From Azolla caroliniana (taxonomy: Eukaryota > Plantae > Polypodiophyta): 64,000 nucleotides of DNA. Positions 49,179 to 61,494 of the stretch are shown here, in pieces. Position 1 is the stretch's first letter. Each line of letters begins with the position of its first letter. The stretch spans positions 20,398,001-20,462,000 of the forward strand of contig JBHGNT010000006.1 in the NCBI GenBank assembly GCA_043228905.1, written 5' to 3'. Under the pieces are notes generated by a model. The model was not told the DNA's origin, ran no database searches, and saw only the letters and a program-made list of their open reading frames with translations. Position numbers and translations under genes: made by a program.

Positions 49179-51078
49179 CTAGCCTACCATGGTCAATATT
49201 ACCAATAAGCACACCCGGAAACTTATGGCTTGCACCTCCTCCTTATACTTGATAAGCTGCTCTTTTCTTTCTAGCCGTGTTTTGATACAAAAATCACCCA
49301 TGTGCTTAACGATCGATCCAAACTTTTTGAGGCCCGACGAAAGCCATATCAGCCCCATTCCTCGAAGCAAATATGCCAGTTTTGTGTTGTCCAGTGTTGC
49401 ATTCAAGCACAGCATTCTCGACACTGCTAACAATACTAAGGCAATACCTGTTCCCCCAACCCCGACCGCAACATGATTCAATACATCAAAAAGTTCTCCG
49501 CACTTCTCCTTCGGGAGGGTTTTCCAATTCAAAACAGCATTGTTGGAGTCGAGAAATGGATAAACGAACACAAGCTCATATAAGTGGAAAGAACTACTCT
49601 TAAATAGGTCTCGATCAGGCACCTTCCGAGATTTCATCTTATTTGGCCTGCCTTTGTCTTTTGCTTTTTCTTTTCTTTTCTCGAACCTACGGTATATAGA
49701 AGTATCCGTGAGTTCCAGTTGCTAGGGATACTAGTCCATGCAGTAGTAGTATATAACAAATCAATGCCATGGCCTTGCTTACCTTCGGACAGTTGACGAC
49801 TTCATTGAACTGACTTCCTTAGCACCAAAATATTTCACATGCACATTCTCTTTTAATAAAGTCCTGAAAAATGCAAAGGAAATAAACTTAGATTGATCGG
49901 TAGCCATAGCCATGTGTGGTTTTCAAGCCCCTTCGCATATTATTATCATATTGTGACTCCTGGGCCCCCTCACTCCCCAGGATCAATATGCATGTACCAT
50001 ATAGAAGACATGTTTAGAGAAACTTACACATTGGGCGTCAAAAATTGTTCGATCTGCATCTCCATATCGTGCATGGAGTCATAACGTAGGCAATCCAATG
50101 TGAGAATGTCATCACATCCACAGTAAACACTGTCAGGAAATGCAATATGTGATCCAATACCACTCATCCCAGGCAAAAATCGATCAGTCTCGACCTTGAA
50201 AGTATATCTAAAATCTGGCGGTGTACCGAGAAATTGGTTCTGGTCAAGCATAAGAGGGTGCCGAGATACTGTCTCCGATGAAATGGCCATGGAGTGGTCA
50301 TATCTTAATCCAGGAGCAGATCTTGTATTCTTGTTATGAGTAGCTAGCCATTTTGGGTATTCAGGAGTAGTGCCGATTTCCTCTTGCAACATAGAAGCAA
50401 TGCTATATTCTTCGCAATCGATCACTTCCGAGAGCAAATTTGAAGCATCGAAACTTATTGGATTTCTTTGTTGCATCGCTGATACACAGCCGGCCGTCGA
50501 ATTCAGCGAAGTAGGACACATAGGCCGAGAATATGGCGACCCAAACTTGAACAAAACAAGGCCATGAGTACCACTTTCTGTGACATGGAAAGCAAACGCT
50601 CCCTCTCATCAACATGAGGTCTTGTGACTATAGATGAAACTATCATTTTTTGTGTCAAGAAGGAGAATATTACAGGTTAGTATCTGAATTTTTACCTTCA
50701 ATGTGAATAACCACCTGGTCCTTGGGTAGCATCTGCACAGTTGATCCACATGATCTGGGGGAGCTGCTGGCACAGGGCATTGACATAAAAGCAGAGCTCA
50801 TGTTATCTCTTAGTCTCTGCAAAGGATGAAGGCTTGTTGGATTGGCGGGCACCAAACCCTGCAAACAAGTATCGATATTGAGGTTTAACACAGAGGAAAG
50901 AGAGAGAGAGAGAGAGAGAGCATCAATGGAAAGCTTACGAAAGACATGAATAGAGATTCACATCAGAAAAACAAGGTAGAAGAGGAGAGAGACAGAGACA
51001 GAGACAGAGGATTACCTTGATGATGCAGGAGGAGGAAGGAAAAGGGGGCATCCATGAAGGTGCAATGAGCTGCTCCAT
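49179..51078 (-). CDS. Conserved plant protein of unknown function, At2g24100/At4g30780 (ASG1)-like, hydrophobic C-terminus (454 aa, 5 exons)
   Basis: Exons 51078-51016, 50858-50696, 50577-50028, 49863-49783 and 49686-49179 join in frame (1365 nt). Family-like motifs: VLFKFG, RK..DRDLFK..FH, GVGGTGIALV, GLIWLS, ISFR. The family call is from memory. Confidence 0.75.
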
Positions 51079-51937
51079 TGCTCTTAGAACAGAGGAGAAC
51101 AGAGGAGAGGAGAGAGAATGTGTGTGTCTGTGTGTGAGAGAGAGAAAGAAAGAAAGAGAGAGAGGGTTTACTGATAATGATAAAGGGTACCCCTTAGAAT
51201 TAGATAAAATTGAGAGACTTTGTTAAGAGTTTTTCTTCTTCGTCTTCTTCTTCTGCCTTCTTCTTTTTGTGTGTGTGTAGTCTGTAGAGTTGTGTAGAGA
51301 GAAAAAAGTGTTGTGGTGGGCAGGCGAGCGCGCAGTACACGAAGACGAAAGGCAAGGGCCTCTCGCAAATCAAACCTCAGCCTCAGATAAACCTCATCAA
51401 CAAGAACAAGAATAACAGTAATGCAACCTATGGCCCCTACCAGTCACACATAATCACCCCCATTTGTTGTTCTCGAGACCCCAGCGACGTGATTGAATCA
51501 ACTCTTTACACTCCATATAGAGACTCTAAAAGGCAAACAAATGGATTTTGATACCCAGAGATAGGTTCGGCCAGTTGATGTTTGCCACACTTTGTGGAGT
51601 CCACGTTCTAGGACACAAATTATCCTCACATTTGGTAAAAGCATTCTGCTTTGAAAGTTATTGTCGTAGGACATTGTTCGTTAGCATGGTATTACAATAT
51701 AACTCTTATTATGAAGGGGTGGAGAGAGATGGATAGATTCTATTATCGTCTTCGGAAGGTCCTTGGTTGACCCAAGTTTATCTATATATTTTTAGGTTTA
51801 TTAAGTGATATGGGATAGATACGGTAAGGAATAAGATGTAGTTTGCTTGTCATTGCATCCATATATCATACTTTTACATTCAGTAGTTTACACAATTATT
51901 ATTGAGAGAGAGAAAGAAAGAGAATGTATGGCCCATA

Positions 51938-52010
51938 TGCGTATAGCTCAGTTGGTAAGGTTGCCCAATGGCGACCAAGTGGTCATGCGTTCAACCCCTA
52001 CATTCCACAA
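51938..52010 (+). mobile_element. Degenerate tRNA-derived sequence (SINE head or tRNA pseudogene)
   Basis: A-box TAGCTCAGTTGG and B-box-like GTTCAACCC at tRNA spacing. The acceptor and anticodon stems do not pair cleanly. Confidence 0.55.
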
Positions 52011-52300
52011 TGGCATCTATTGAAATAAGAGATATCCATGGTGTAATAGAGAGGTGAGAAAATTGGCTTTCAAACCTAAATTTTAGTGCTAATAGTGTTA
52101 ACGACTTACCAGCAGGGTAAGCTAATTACAATAAATAAAATATATTTGTATGTGGGTACATAACTTGCTCATTAATCGGAGCCTACACCATCTCACCAAC
52201 ACTAGAAGGTTCTCTTCCTATATGTGTACATTTCAAAGCTTATTGGTGAGCAATCAGAAACGGATTCCTAAAGAAGCAGTGAAGTGAAATGTTGGTCGAG

Positions 52301-52548
52301 GTTAGAAATATATTAGACTACATTTACCGAACATTAAATGCCGCTTATATTCGTTCGCTTATGTGTTTGGTATATTATTGCATAACTTACGTTAGAAATT
52401 TATTAGACTACATTAAACGCCGCTTATATTCGTTCGCTTATGTGTTTGGTATATTATTGCATAACTTACGTTAGAAATTTATTAGACTACATTAAACGCC
52501 ACTTATATTCGTTCGCTTATGTGTTTGGTATATTATTGCATAACTTAT
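52301..52548. repeat. Tandem repeat, 79 bp x3
   Basis: GTTAGAAAT.TATTAGACTACATT..CTTATATTCGTTCGCTTATGTGTTTGGTATATTATTGCATAACTTA starts at 52301, 52391 and 52470. Confidence 0.92.
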
Positions 52549-53149
52549 GGAACTAGTCGAAGTTTTCGTTCACACTTTTTCTTTTGTCTACAATATTACA
52601 GGATCATTTTCTTTACAAAGAAAGCTCAGTTTCAAAACTTAATACTATATACACACTTATTGCACAATTTTCCAAATGTGTCTTTATCACGGATTATTGA
52701 GATCTTGGGGCAGGAATTGTGGTTGTAAAAGAAACATGTAGTTTGAAGAATCCAATGGCCAAAGAATTAAAAATAGCATGCGATTTGCGACCCAAAAAAT
52801 GGGGGTTATGTGTGGTTGCTTTAGTTTCGGTTTTTTCTATTAAAATGTGTATGTTGTTGTGCAAAAGTTCGACGCAAAACTTTCTTCTATTGACATTAAT
52901 CTGTTCTAGAAATTGTGCGACCTCTTTTTTTCCAAAAAAATAGTATGACCTTTTTATGGAACAATGGAACTCAGTTTGGAAAGCATTTTTTTATGAGAGT
53001 TTTCACTTTAATGGATATATGTGTTTACAAAATTATTACAAAAACCATCCTGAGTCCTTTCTATAAACAATATGAACACATTCATTCATTTGAATTTTTT
53101 ACAAGACAATAGTACACGATCTTGAAATCATTTTCTAACGAGGAATATT

Positions 53150-53329
53150 TGGACAAGGTGGAGTGGTTTTACTCTACACCAAAGTATTTATTTACGTTGA
53201 TAGTTAGAACTTAACCTTGATCGGAATACAAGAGTAATTACCTGTATGTGCATATTTTATGTACAACCTTATAATGTTTCTTAATACTAATGTACTATCT
53301 TTTCTTGGGGGGGGCGGGGGGGGGGGGGG
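53150..53329 (+). mobile_element. Short 3' end of L1 family 1 ending in poly(G)
   Basis: Aligns by eye with 16360-16505 (AAGGTGGA.TGGTTTTACTC.ACACCAAAGTATTTATTTA..TAATACTAAT..TATCTTTT). It ends in G8-C-G14. Confidence 0.8.
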
Positions 53330-54024
53330 ATATAGTATTGAGGAATAGGATACCATGCATAGGAGGTGGAAGCCATAGTAACTCAAGAAAATACATTGCT
53401 AACATTGAGCTTGGAGTAAATGACAAGCATCATAAATGGCGAGGATATATTGTTAAACAATAGACAAACTTTGCACAAGCATGTACACAACATTTACTTT
53501 GTATGATGTATAATGTCTACAGGATTTGCAAGAGGGAAATATTCTACAAAATATCTTCATCACATCAAAAGCTTTAGAGTATTTGTTTTGTGTGTGAGCC
53601 ACAATTATTATAAAAATTCTTGGTTACAAAGAGTTGTTGGATTACAAGCACACAATAAGGGAATATGTGTAGTGATATAAAACATTATCTCTCGTATAAT
53701 CAAATGGAAGATAATTTGACAGAGAAACAAAAAAGGTGTCACTGTTTATACACATTTGTGGTTCATATCTAACATTTCCTTATTCAACAACGTAGAGGGA
53801 ACCTTAACATTGACAATAGCCTACAATTGGGATATGAAGCACTCCACAATACCAATAATCTCAAATTACACATATGATATATATAATAAATTATGAAGCG
53901 GAAGATCAAACACGCCTCTCCAATGATAAATTGACTTTTTTATTTATAAAGTGGCAATTTAAAAAAATTCTCACCCCCTTAACTCATCATCAACCATGAC
54001 TAGTGTGAAATTGGGTAAACGTCT

Positions 54025-54443
54025 TGTTACTCCTAGGCCGGACTAGCCACTAACACAGGGTGTCCTTCCCGATCACTTCACCAAAGGGGTGGTTGCGGTA
54101 AGGATTTCCGACTCCGATAGGCTTCAACCTGTTAACATCCGGTGGAGATCCGATTCACAACACACAATGTTACACAAGTAAGATCAATACATTAAACCCA
54201 AGACGGAATAAAGATCAAATAGACAATAATCACATGCTCTTATATTAATGTTCCGTCGTCTAAATACATCGATACCCGGATCCTTTTATAGGCATCCGGT
54301 TCTGTGCTACAAAACGGTACCTAACCGGCAACCAACTACGAATCGGTCCGGATTCATCTAGTCTTATAACTAATAATATTATTATATATCCGGAAACCGG
54401 CTCGTCGCTTCCTCATTACATAATTGGCCGCCAACGGCCAACA
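54025..54443 (-). mobile_element. LTR copy 1 (419 bp)
   Basis: Termini TGTT..AACA, a minus-strand TATA (GCCTATAAAAG), and close similarity to 55263-55705. Confidence 0.85.
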
Positions 54444-55262
54444 GGTGCAAATGTTGGATTTTAATATTTTAATAGAAGCCAAACTATACTTCCCATTAGT
54501 CCATGTAAGACCCTTTTGTGAATAAGGGAACAACAATAGTTCGAGTCACCATAACATTCACATAGACATAAATTTCCGAAACTTGGTTCAGCTTCAACCA
54601 TTCTACACTTCACACATCTAAACAAATCAATCATCTCAACAAAGTAAAATAAGTTATATCTATGGTGACAAGGCAAGATGTATACATAAATTATAGTACT
54701 TCGCACAAGGTGGACCACCATCACTCACATAAACATTAAAGGCTAATATGTGCATATACATGGAGAGAAAACTCCATCACCAATGTTGATGACAATAGTA
54801 TCAAGACATGTATAATGACATCACAAACTTTCGTTGTGCATCATCACAAAGTAGTGCATTCTCAACAATTCTTCATATTTCCCTTATGAGGTTAAGGTTG
54901 ATACTACAAAGAAACATTCAAGCACCACTACACCAAGTTAAAGTAGCTATAAAGCTTGGCAACAACTAATTGAACCATCTTGAATGAATTTTGAAACACT
55001 CGATTAGGACTCAAAAGGATCAAACCAATCCTTTATTACTTTTAAACATAATAAATATAACTATTGAATCTTAAAACAATTGAACATTTGTCATGAACAA
55101 CTTGAAAACATTGTATGGACACCCTAAAGGTAGACAATATGTCTATGAGTATACGCGTCATGGTTTTCTTGCCTTTTGCATGAGTAAGCACGTGTGGCAC
55201 ACATCCACACATGAATTTGTTCCCTAATAAAGTAGCAATAGTAGTGCCTCGCTCAAGAGACG

Positions 55263-55705
55263 TGTTACTCCTGGGCCGGACTAACCACTAACACAGGGTG
55301 TCCTTCTGGATCACTTCACCAAAGGGGTGGTTGCGGTAAGGATTTCTGACTCCGATACGCTTCAACCGATTAATGTCCGGTGGAGATCCGATTCACAACA
55401 CACAATGTTACACGCGTAAGATCAATACATTAAACACAGGACAGAATAAAGATCAGATAGACAATAATCACACGCTCTTATATTAATGTTCCGTTGTCTA
55501 AATACATCGATACACGGATCCTTTTATAGGCATCAGGTTCTCTGCTACAAAACGGTGCCTAATCGACAACCGACTATGAATCGATCCAGATCCGGATCGG
55601 CATACCTACTCCGGATCTATCTGTTCTTATAACTAATAATATTATTATAAATCCGAAAACCAGCTCGCCCCTTCCTCATTACATACTTGACCGCAACGGC
55701 CAACA
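55263..55705 (-). mobile_element. LTR copy 2 (443 bp), same orientation as copy 1
   Basis: TGTTACTCC..GGCCAACA, colinear with 54025-54443 apart from substitutions and a ~25 bp insertion. Confidence 0.85.
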
Positions 55706-55989
55706 CCACCACCTCAGAGGTAGAAGCTATGTTGTTCATCACCATGTTTAGCTACAATAAGATGACTAGAATTTTTTACATAAGTAAACTACTTATCATT
55801 GGTGCCAAGGTGTCTAATCAATCCCCAAACTAACTTTAATAGAATGTGTAACATAGTGTACCATATCAATGTCCCTTACTTTGTGATGGCATGTGTTTTC
55901 TCTATTTTCTTGCAACAAATTTTCCAATCTAAGTATGAGGTACAATAATTGTACAAAAAAAAGATAATATATCATATTTACTAATTGGG

Positions 55990-56520
55990 TAATGGTTGCC
56001 TACTGCCATTATGACAAGTGCAAAGCACATCAAAGTGAGGGAATGTATATTGGTTATCATGGCAAGCCCCAATTGACAAATACAAACATCAAGAAGGGAT
56101 GGCATTGGTAATAAAGGCACAAGAGATCTTGTTTTCCACCACCGACAACATCCCAAAGCTCAAATTGTGTTGGAATTGGTCATCCCAATAACACTTTGTA
56201 TTCTTTAGAAAAAACGGTGTACATGATTCTTCTTCGATCAAACCATGCATCAAGCGATGTTAATGTAAGAGATATGAAGTGAAGTTGTAGCCACACTAAA
56301 GAGCCAATACGATGGCCTCATGGGTGAAACTGATGGAGCCGAAAGACAACGATTAACCTTCATCCAACAATGGTTGTCCTCTCCCTTTCTTGAGTTAGTG
56401 GGCCTCTATATAAGATGGAACTATCGCATCCCTATTGGGATCTGTATATAACATTCTCATATGTAAAATTTTGTAATTAATGGAAGGAGTGGTTTTTAAT
56501 TTTGGGGGGGGGGGGGGGGG
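55990..56520 (+). mobile_element. 3' fragment of L1 family 2 ending in poly(G)
   Basis: Colinear with 41340-41873 (GTGAAGTTGTAGCCAC.CTAAAGAGCCAATA.GATGGCCTCA; CTCTCCCTTTCTTGAG; TAATGGAAGGAG). It ends TTTT followed by G17. Confidence 0.88.
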
Positions 56521-57448
56521 CAAGATCTACATGCCTTTAAATGCTTCCATCTTGCTAATTCGTGCATTAATGCAGTTTAATGAACATTATAGATGCATAT
56601 GCAATTCGGAATATTTTTACCATGTTCATTTCAAGTGCAATCCTATACAATCATGATGGTTGTGCAAGTCAAAACTTCTCCTCTCTAGAGCTGCCATTGG
56701 ACACAATATTTGCAGATACCATAGTACATACCTCAATGACTACTCTCATTCTCGATGACCTCACAATGTCCTTGATTGCAAGGAATCCCTACACTCATTA
56801 CTTTGGGGTTCACCAAAGCTAATACTTTGATTGCATATAGAGACATGATGACTTGTAGAAACCTTGGCCAAGAATGCAAAGGTCATTTCTACTACTTCGG
56901 GAGTATGATCTCCTTCGTTGCATTGCATTGAGATGAGGAAGTAGTAGATTATCATCATAGGTCATTTTTGCTACTTTTGACATCATCATCTCCTTCATTG
57001 CATTGAGATGTAGTAGTGATAGATTTTCATCATCACTTAAATACTTGATTGGACACTTGCTGAGAAAATCTGCACAAACCCATTACGATCTTCATTTGAT
57101 TGGAGAGAAATAAGGCATTGAGGAGCTGAAGCGTGAAAGTTCATTCTACCTCTTTTTCCCAGCCTTTTGTATCATCTTTTTCATGTGCAATCTGCGCAAA
57201 TATGTGTATATATCTATGCCTATATACATTCTATATGTCTATTGATACGCACACACACCTTCACATTCACCAGTAGGATAACTACAAAAGGTTCTCACAA
57301 ATCGAATAAATGGTTGTCGAATATGAGAATTTACAAGATGGACAGAAATTACAATCAGAATCACTATTCACAGGGTTCTTGCAAGAACAGTTAAGGGTAA
57401 AGAAGTCACACTAAGGACTTTTTTGCCACCAGGAAACACCTTCATTAC

Positions 57449-60400
57449 TCAAACAGGGCTGCTCGCTTCCACCACAAGTGCAGCCAAAACCGTGATATCG
57501 TCCAATTTCCCTCCTGCATCAAATATTAAGTGACAGTGTGATCAATGTCTGGAAATGCCGAAAATCCTATAAGAACTAAGAAGGATCTTCTTGCTTGCCT
57601 GTAAGCTTCTGTCCAAGGATTTTCTTCCATATTGGCAGATCATAGCCCTGCTATAAATGAAAGAATTTTATCAGGAAATTTATGATGGATGTAAAAGCAC
57701 ATGTTGCGCGTTGTGTCAACGTATCATTGCCTGCAATATAGCTTGTTGGCAGTAAGGTGATTCATATTTTGAATCAGTCGCATTCCTGCTTGCAACTGAA
57801 GCTACGGCTGTAGCTGTAGATTATCAACACAAATACTTTTTCATAGATGTCTGAAAAACACCAAGGGATATTGAGGTTCTCAAAAGAAAGTCTTCGATAC
57901 CTATTTCCTGTGCACTTGTCGACTCAGAATCACATATTGATGTAACTATTTTCTCAATATCTTTGTCGTAAACATTGTCAAAGAGACCATCTGAGGCCAC
58001 AATGATGATATCGCCTTTCTTCACATCTACTTCATACATCTGCACAATATGGCAAGCTTAGCATCCCATGGGTTAAAAGTAAGACAAAAAGACCTGCTTA
58101 AGGTACATGAATTCCTTATCTATTGGTTTATTTATTAATCTATAAATCTCAAATATTCTTATTTTCCAAATCTGGGACCCTGTTAGCTGCCAAAGAGCGG
58201 CCATGCAACTACATGTTTTGATGTGAGTCACACGTCCATAAAGAAGTTGCTGAATTAGGTGCCACTAATACAGCTTTGCATGCATGTTTCTTTATGTTTA
58301 AACATTCACAAAGATATATAAATGGATACAGATTACAGATAGCACATGAAACAAATCTGAAATAAATAATTATATTAGGACATGACTTTGGACCCTCTGG
58401 AAAATAAATTTGGAAGAAAAAAGGACAAACCAGAAGGCACAAACATAATAATTATGTCCTTCAAAGTGTTGTTCAAATTTCTAGAGATGCCCGACACATA
58501 AGACAGGATAGATTTGGATTTTCAACCTAAGCTTCCAGGGTAAAAGCTCAGAACAATATTCCATCCGTGCCCAAGAGCTCACATTACGTGGACAACCTTA
58601 ATGTTACGTAAGGATGTTAAAAACAGTAAATCTCCCCTTTCATAGAGTTCAAAGAACCTAAGCGATCAAGACAATCAAATTTGATATCTTGCCTAATCCT
58701 TAATAAGCATGTAGAAATGAATGTGATCACACAAGATTTTCAGCTTCTGCAAAAAATAAATACAATTCTGAAAAGAAGTACCCAAGTATATCACTTTGAT
58801 GTGCACACACAAAGGAGATGCAGAGATTCTGTCAGAAACGAGTTCATGAATATGGTATTCACCACATTGGTTGAATAGGCTATCTTATGTAACACATGAT
58901 ACCTCAGCATCCTTGGCTGTTTGAGCGCCTTGCTCAGAACTGAGTTGATATGGACAATCAAAGTAGTGCTGTTGAGTAGAGGTTGCAAATACTACTTTAC
59001 CTACAGCGTTTCAAGTAAGTAAACTTTAGATCATTGTAAAAACATGGTCCAAGAATATATACGGGATTATGGGAGTGAAACCTTCTCGCACAAGACGCAA
59101 ACCACAATCCCCAAGATTCGCAATTTGAAGAATGCCATCCTTACTTGCTAACGTGGCTATAATGCTATATTTCCAGAAAAATATAACATTTCTTACATAG
59201 TAAAAATTTACAAAATGATCAAATCAATAAAAAAACATTCTTCCAAGGGTTGAAATTTCACAAAATGGTTAAATCTATGCATGTGATAGGAAGATTTTTC
59301 TGAAAACATAGGCTATCATGAGTGTATAAATTTGAGCTGTCTGAAGAGCTGGCCATGCAAATTCCAGCAGCACTAGCACTATCACCACTTATATTCGGAA
59401 GTTTTTGATGAATTTTGTATATAAAATTGAATCTGTATAAGGACCTTGCTATGTTATTCCCGCATCCCTGCATAGCTTTCTGTTGATCCATCTTCAGAAC
59501 AAACCAAGATCCAAAATTTTATGGTCACAAACAGCAATTTCAACTTTTTCAATGTTTGCCATAAGTCATAATCACTCTACTTTTTCCACTTCTTTCAGAT
59601 TTGTCAAATCTTATACATATGCCATGATATTTTATCTCCCATATGTTGATAAGAGTACACGAGAATACAGTGGTTATCATACCAATACAAAGTGAAAATT
59701 TTAAAGAGGAAAAAAATAAGGTGAACGAAAAGGACCTACGCTGTCGCTGCTCCAATTGCTGACGTTGCTTCATCAGCTTTGGCCATTATTTTCCTTGGGC
59801 AATTCCCGACCTGCAACGGAAGGTTAAAACAGTAATTGCTCATTTACTTGCTATATAGCAAGCTCAATAACCAGAACATACCTCTTCGCTACCGACTGCT
59901 GCTAATGCATGTTGCATGAGTTCCCGAGAAAACAAAGCAGGATCCACATTTTCCTCTGCCCATCTAGTCGAAATGAAAAGAACATCATTCATGTAACATT
60001 TATATAAAGTATATCTCGGAAGTTGACTCACCCAGATACCCCATCTGCAACTCCAAGGACTCCTCCATCATAATCACTTATAAAAAAAGCGTCTTCTCCG
60101 CCTTTTGCTACCTAGGATATGCAGTTGCTAGAACTGCATCATATGTATCGGAAACTATTCCCAAAATGCAAGAGCCCAATGGACTATCCATACCTTTTCT
60201 GGATGAGGAATCACAGCACTGCTAATGTCCAATGCCAAATGTAACCTGTTCAGATAAAGATCATTGCAGTAAACTTTATGCATCAAATTTTTAAAATATG
60301 TAATGAACTATAAGTGGCAGGTTCTAATCTGAGAAATAGGTTCAGAAACTTGCTCAAAACTGGGTCTATAGTTCGAGCCTCCATATAGAAGATGAACATA

Positions 60401-61044
60401 TAGGACATATATACATATATAATATGTATACGAAAATGAAAGTATGTTTCAGATGTCATTTGTAGCATTGAAATGAATAACTGAATATGCATAGATTGTA
60501 ATGACGTGAGATAATTCAAAGAAAGCATTCTCCATGAGGATATTGATTTTTTAATCTAGATACCTTGTTTTTTCTTATGGATGAATTGCCGTATCCTTAC
60601 TGAAGTCACTATTTGCCTTCTCTACATTTGAAGTCACTATTGGGGAAATGCACCATAATTCAAGTCTCGAAACAAGCCTAGAACCTTATTATTTTTTTCT
60701 AGCGATGAGAAACATTTAACTATGGATAATGGGATGTAACCTAAGGGATCCATATCCATATCGCATACATTTTATCAAGATTTAATCGCTCCATGTTTAT
60801 AAAAAAAAAACATAGGAAAGTACCTATGATTAACAGAGACAGATTCAGGTTCAAAGGAAGAAGATACGGTGGAGAGACAGGGGATGTGTATAGTTCTTCT
60901 AAGTCTATACAAATCGGATGGTCTTTGGAAGGGGAAGGAGCTGCTGGGCTTCACCAATGAGAAAAGACCATGATCTCTAGCTGACCTCACTTGAAGGCAT
61001 GCCATCTTCAGAGCCATTCTGCTGCACATACCTTGGACCTCCAT
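57449..61044 (-). CDS. PBCP: PP2C/PPTC7-type chloroplast phosphatase, photosystem II core phosphatase-like (340 aa, 11 exons)
   Basis: Exons 61044-60824, 60245-60194, 60111-60032, 59963-59882, 59810-59740, 59164-59082, 59000-58903, 58039-57901, 57813-57731, 57647-57599 and 57513-57449 join in frame (1023 nt). Motifs: IPHPEK.AKGGEDAFF, VADGVSGWAE.NVDP, GDCG, HYFDCPYQLSSE, SDGLFDN, WKKILG.KLTGGKLDDITV. Confidence 0.92.
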
Positions 61045-61240
61045 AGCCAAAGTTCAGACTTATCTCCAAAAGCAGAGTGCCAGAAAACAGAGGAGGGAGA
61101 ATACATTCTCATGGATAAAATTAGACCCTTACTTCTCTTTATTTACAAAACTAGCCGTGTCACCACCATGTTCAACATGAATGCTTTTTAGGAGTAAAAA
61201 GGAAAGCCTTGCTTATGAATATATATATGATGGAGGTCCC

Positions 61241-61494
61241 TAGGAATCAGCAACGGGTCGGCTCAAGCCTAAACCGAACCGTTAAACGGTTTGACGGTTC
61301 GGTTCGGTTTTAGGCTTGAGTTTCCTTAATCGGTTTGGGATGGCTCAAGCCGAACCGAACTGGTTTCAAAAGCCGATTAAGGCTTGATTAGCTTGGTTAA
61401 ACCATTTCGATTCTGGTTTGGAAACTCCCAAACCGGTTTGGTTTGATTTGGACAAGGCCAAACCAGTCAAGCCGAAAACCGTTGTCAATCCCTA
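61241..61494. mobile_element. Complete hAT-type MITE (254 bp) in the PBCP promoter
   Basis: Ends are TAGGAATCAGCAACGG and CCGTTGTCAATCCCTA. Flanks GAGGTCCC and TAGGTTCT match at 5 of 8 positions (eroded TSD). Confidence 0.85.

Noticed and set aside
54025-55705. A single TRIM/LARD element with two LTRs
   Set aside because: No PBS or PPT was found in either orientation and the outer flanks (CGTCT and CCACC) are not a TSD. It is kept only as an alternative explanation.
3905-61044. Functional cluster of organelle-related genes (IF3, PPRs, PBCP)
   Set aside because: Such genes are common in plant genomes and are interspersed here with unrelated genes.
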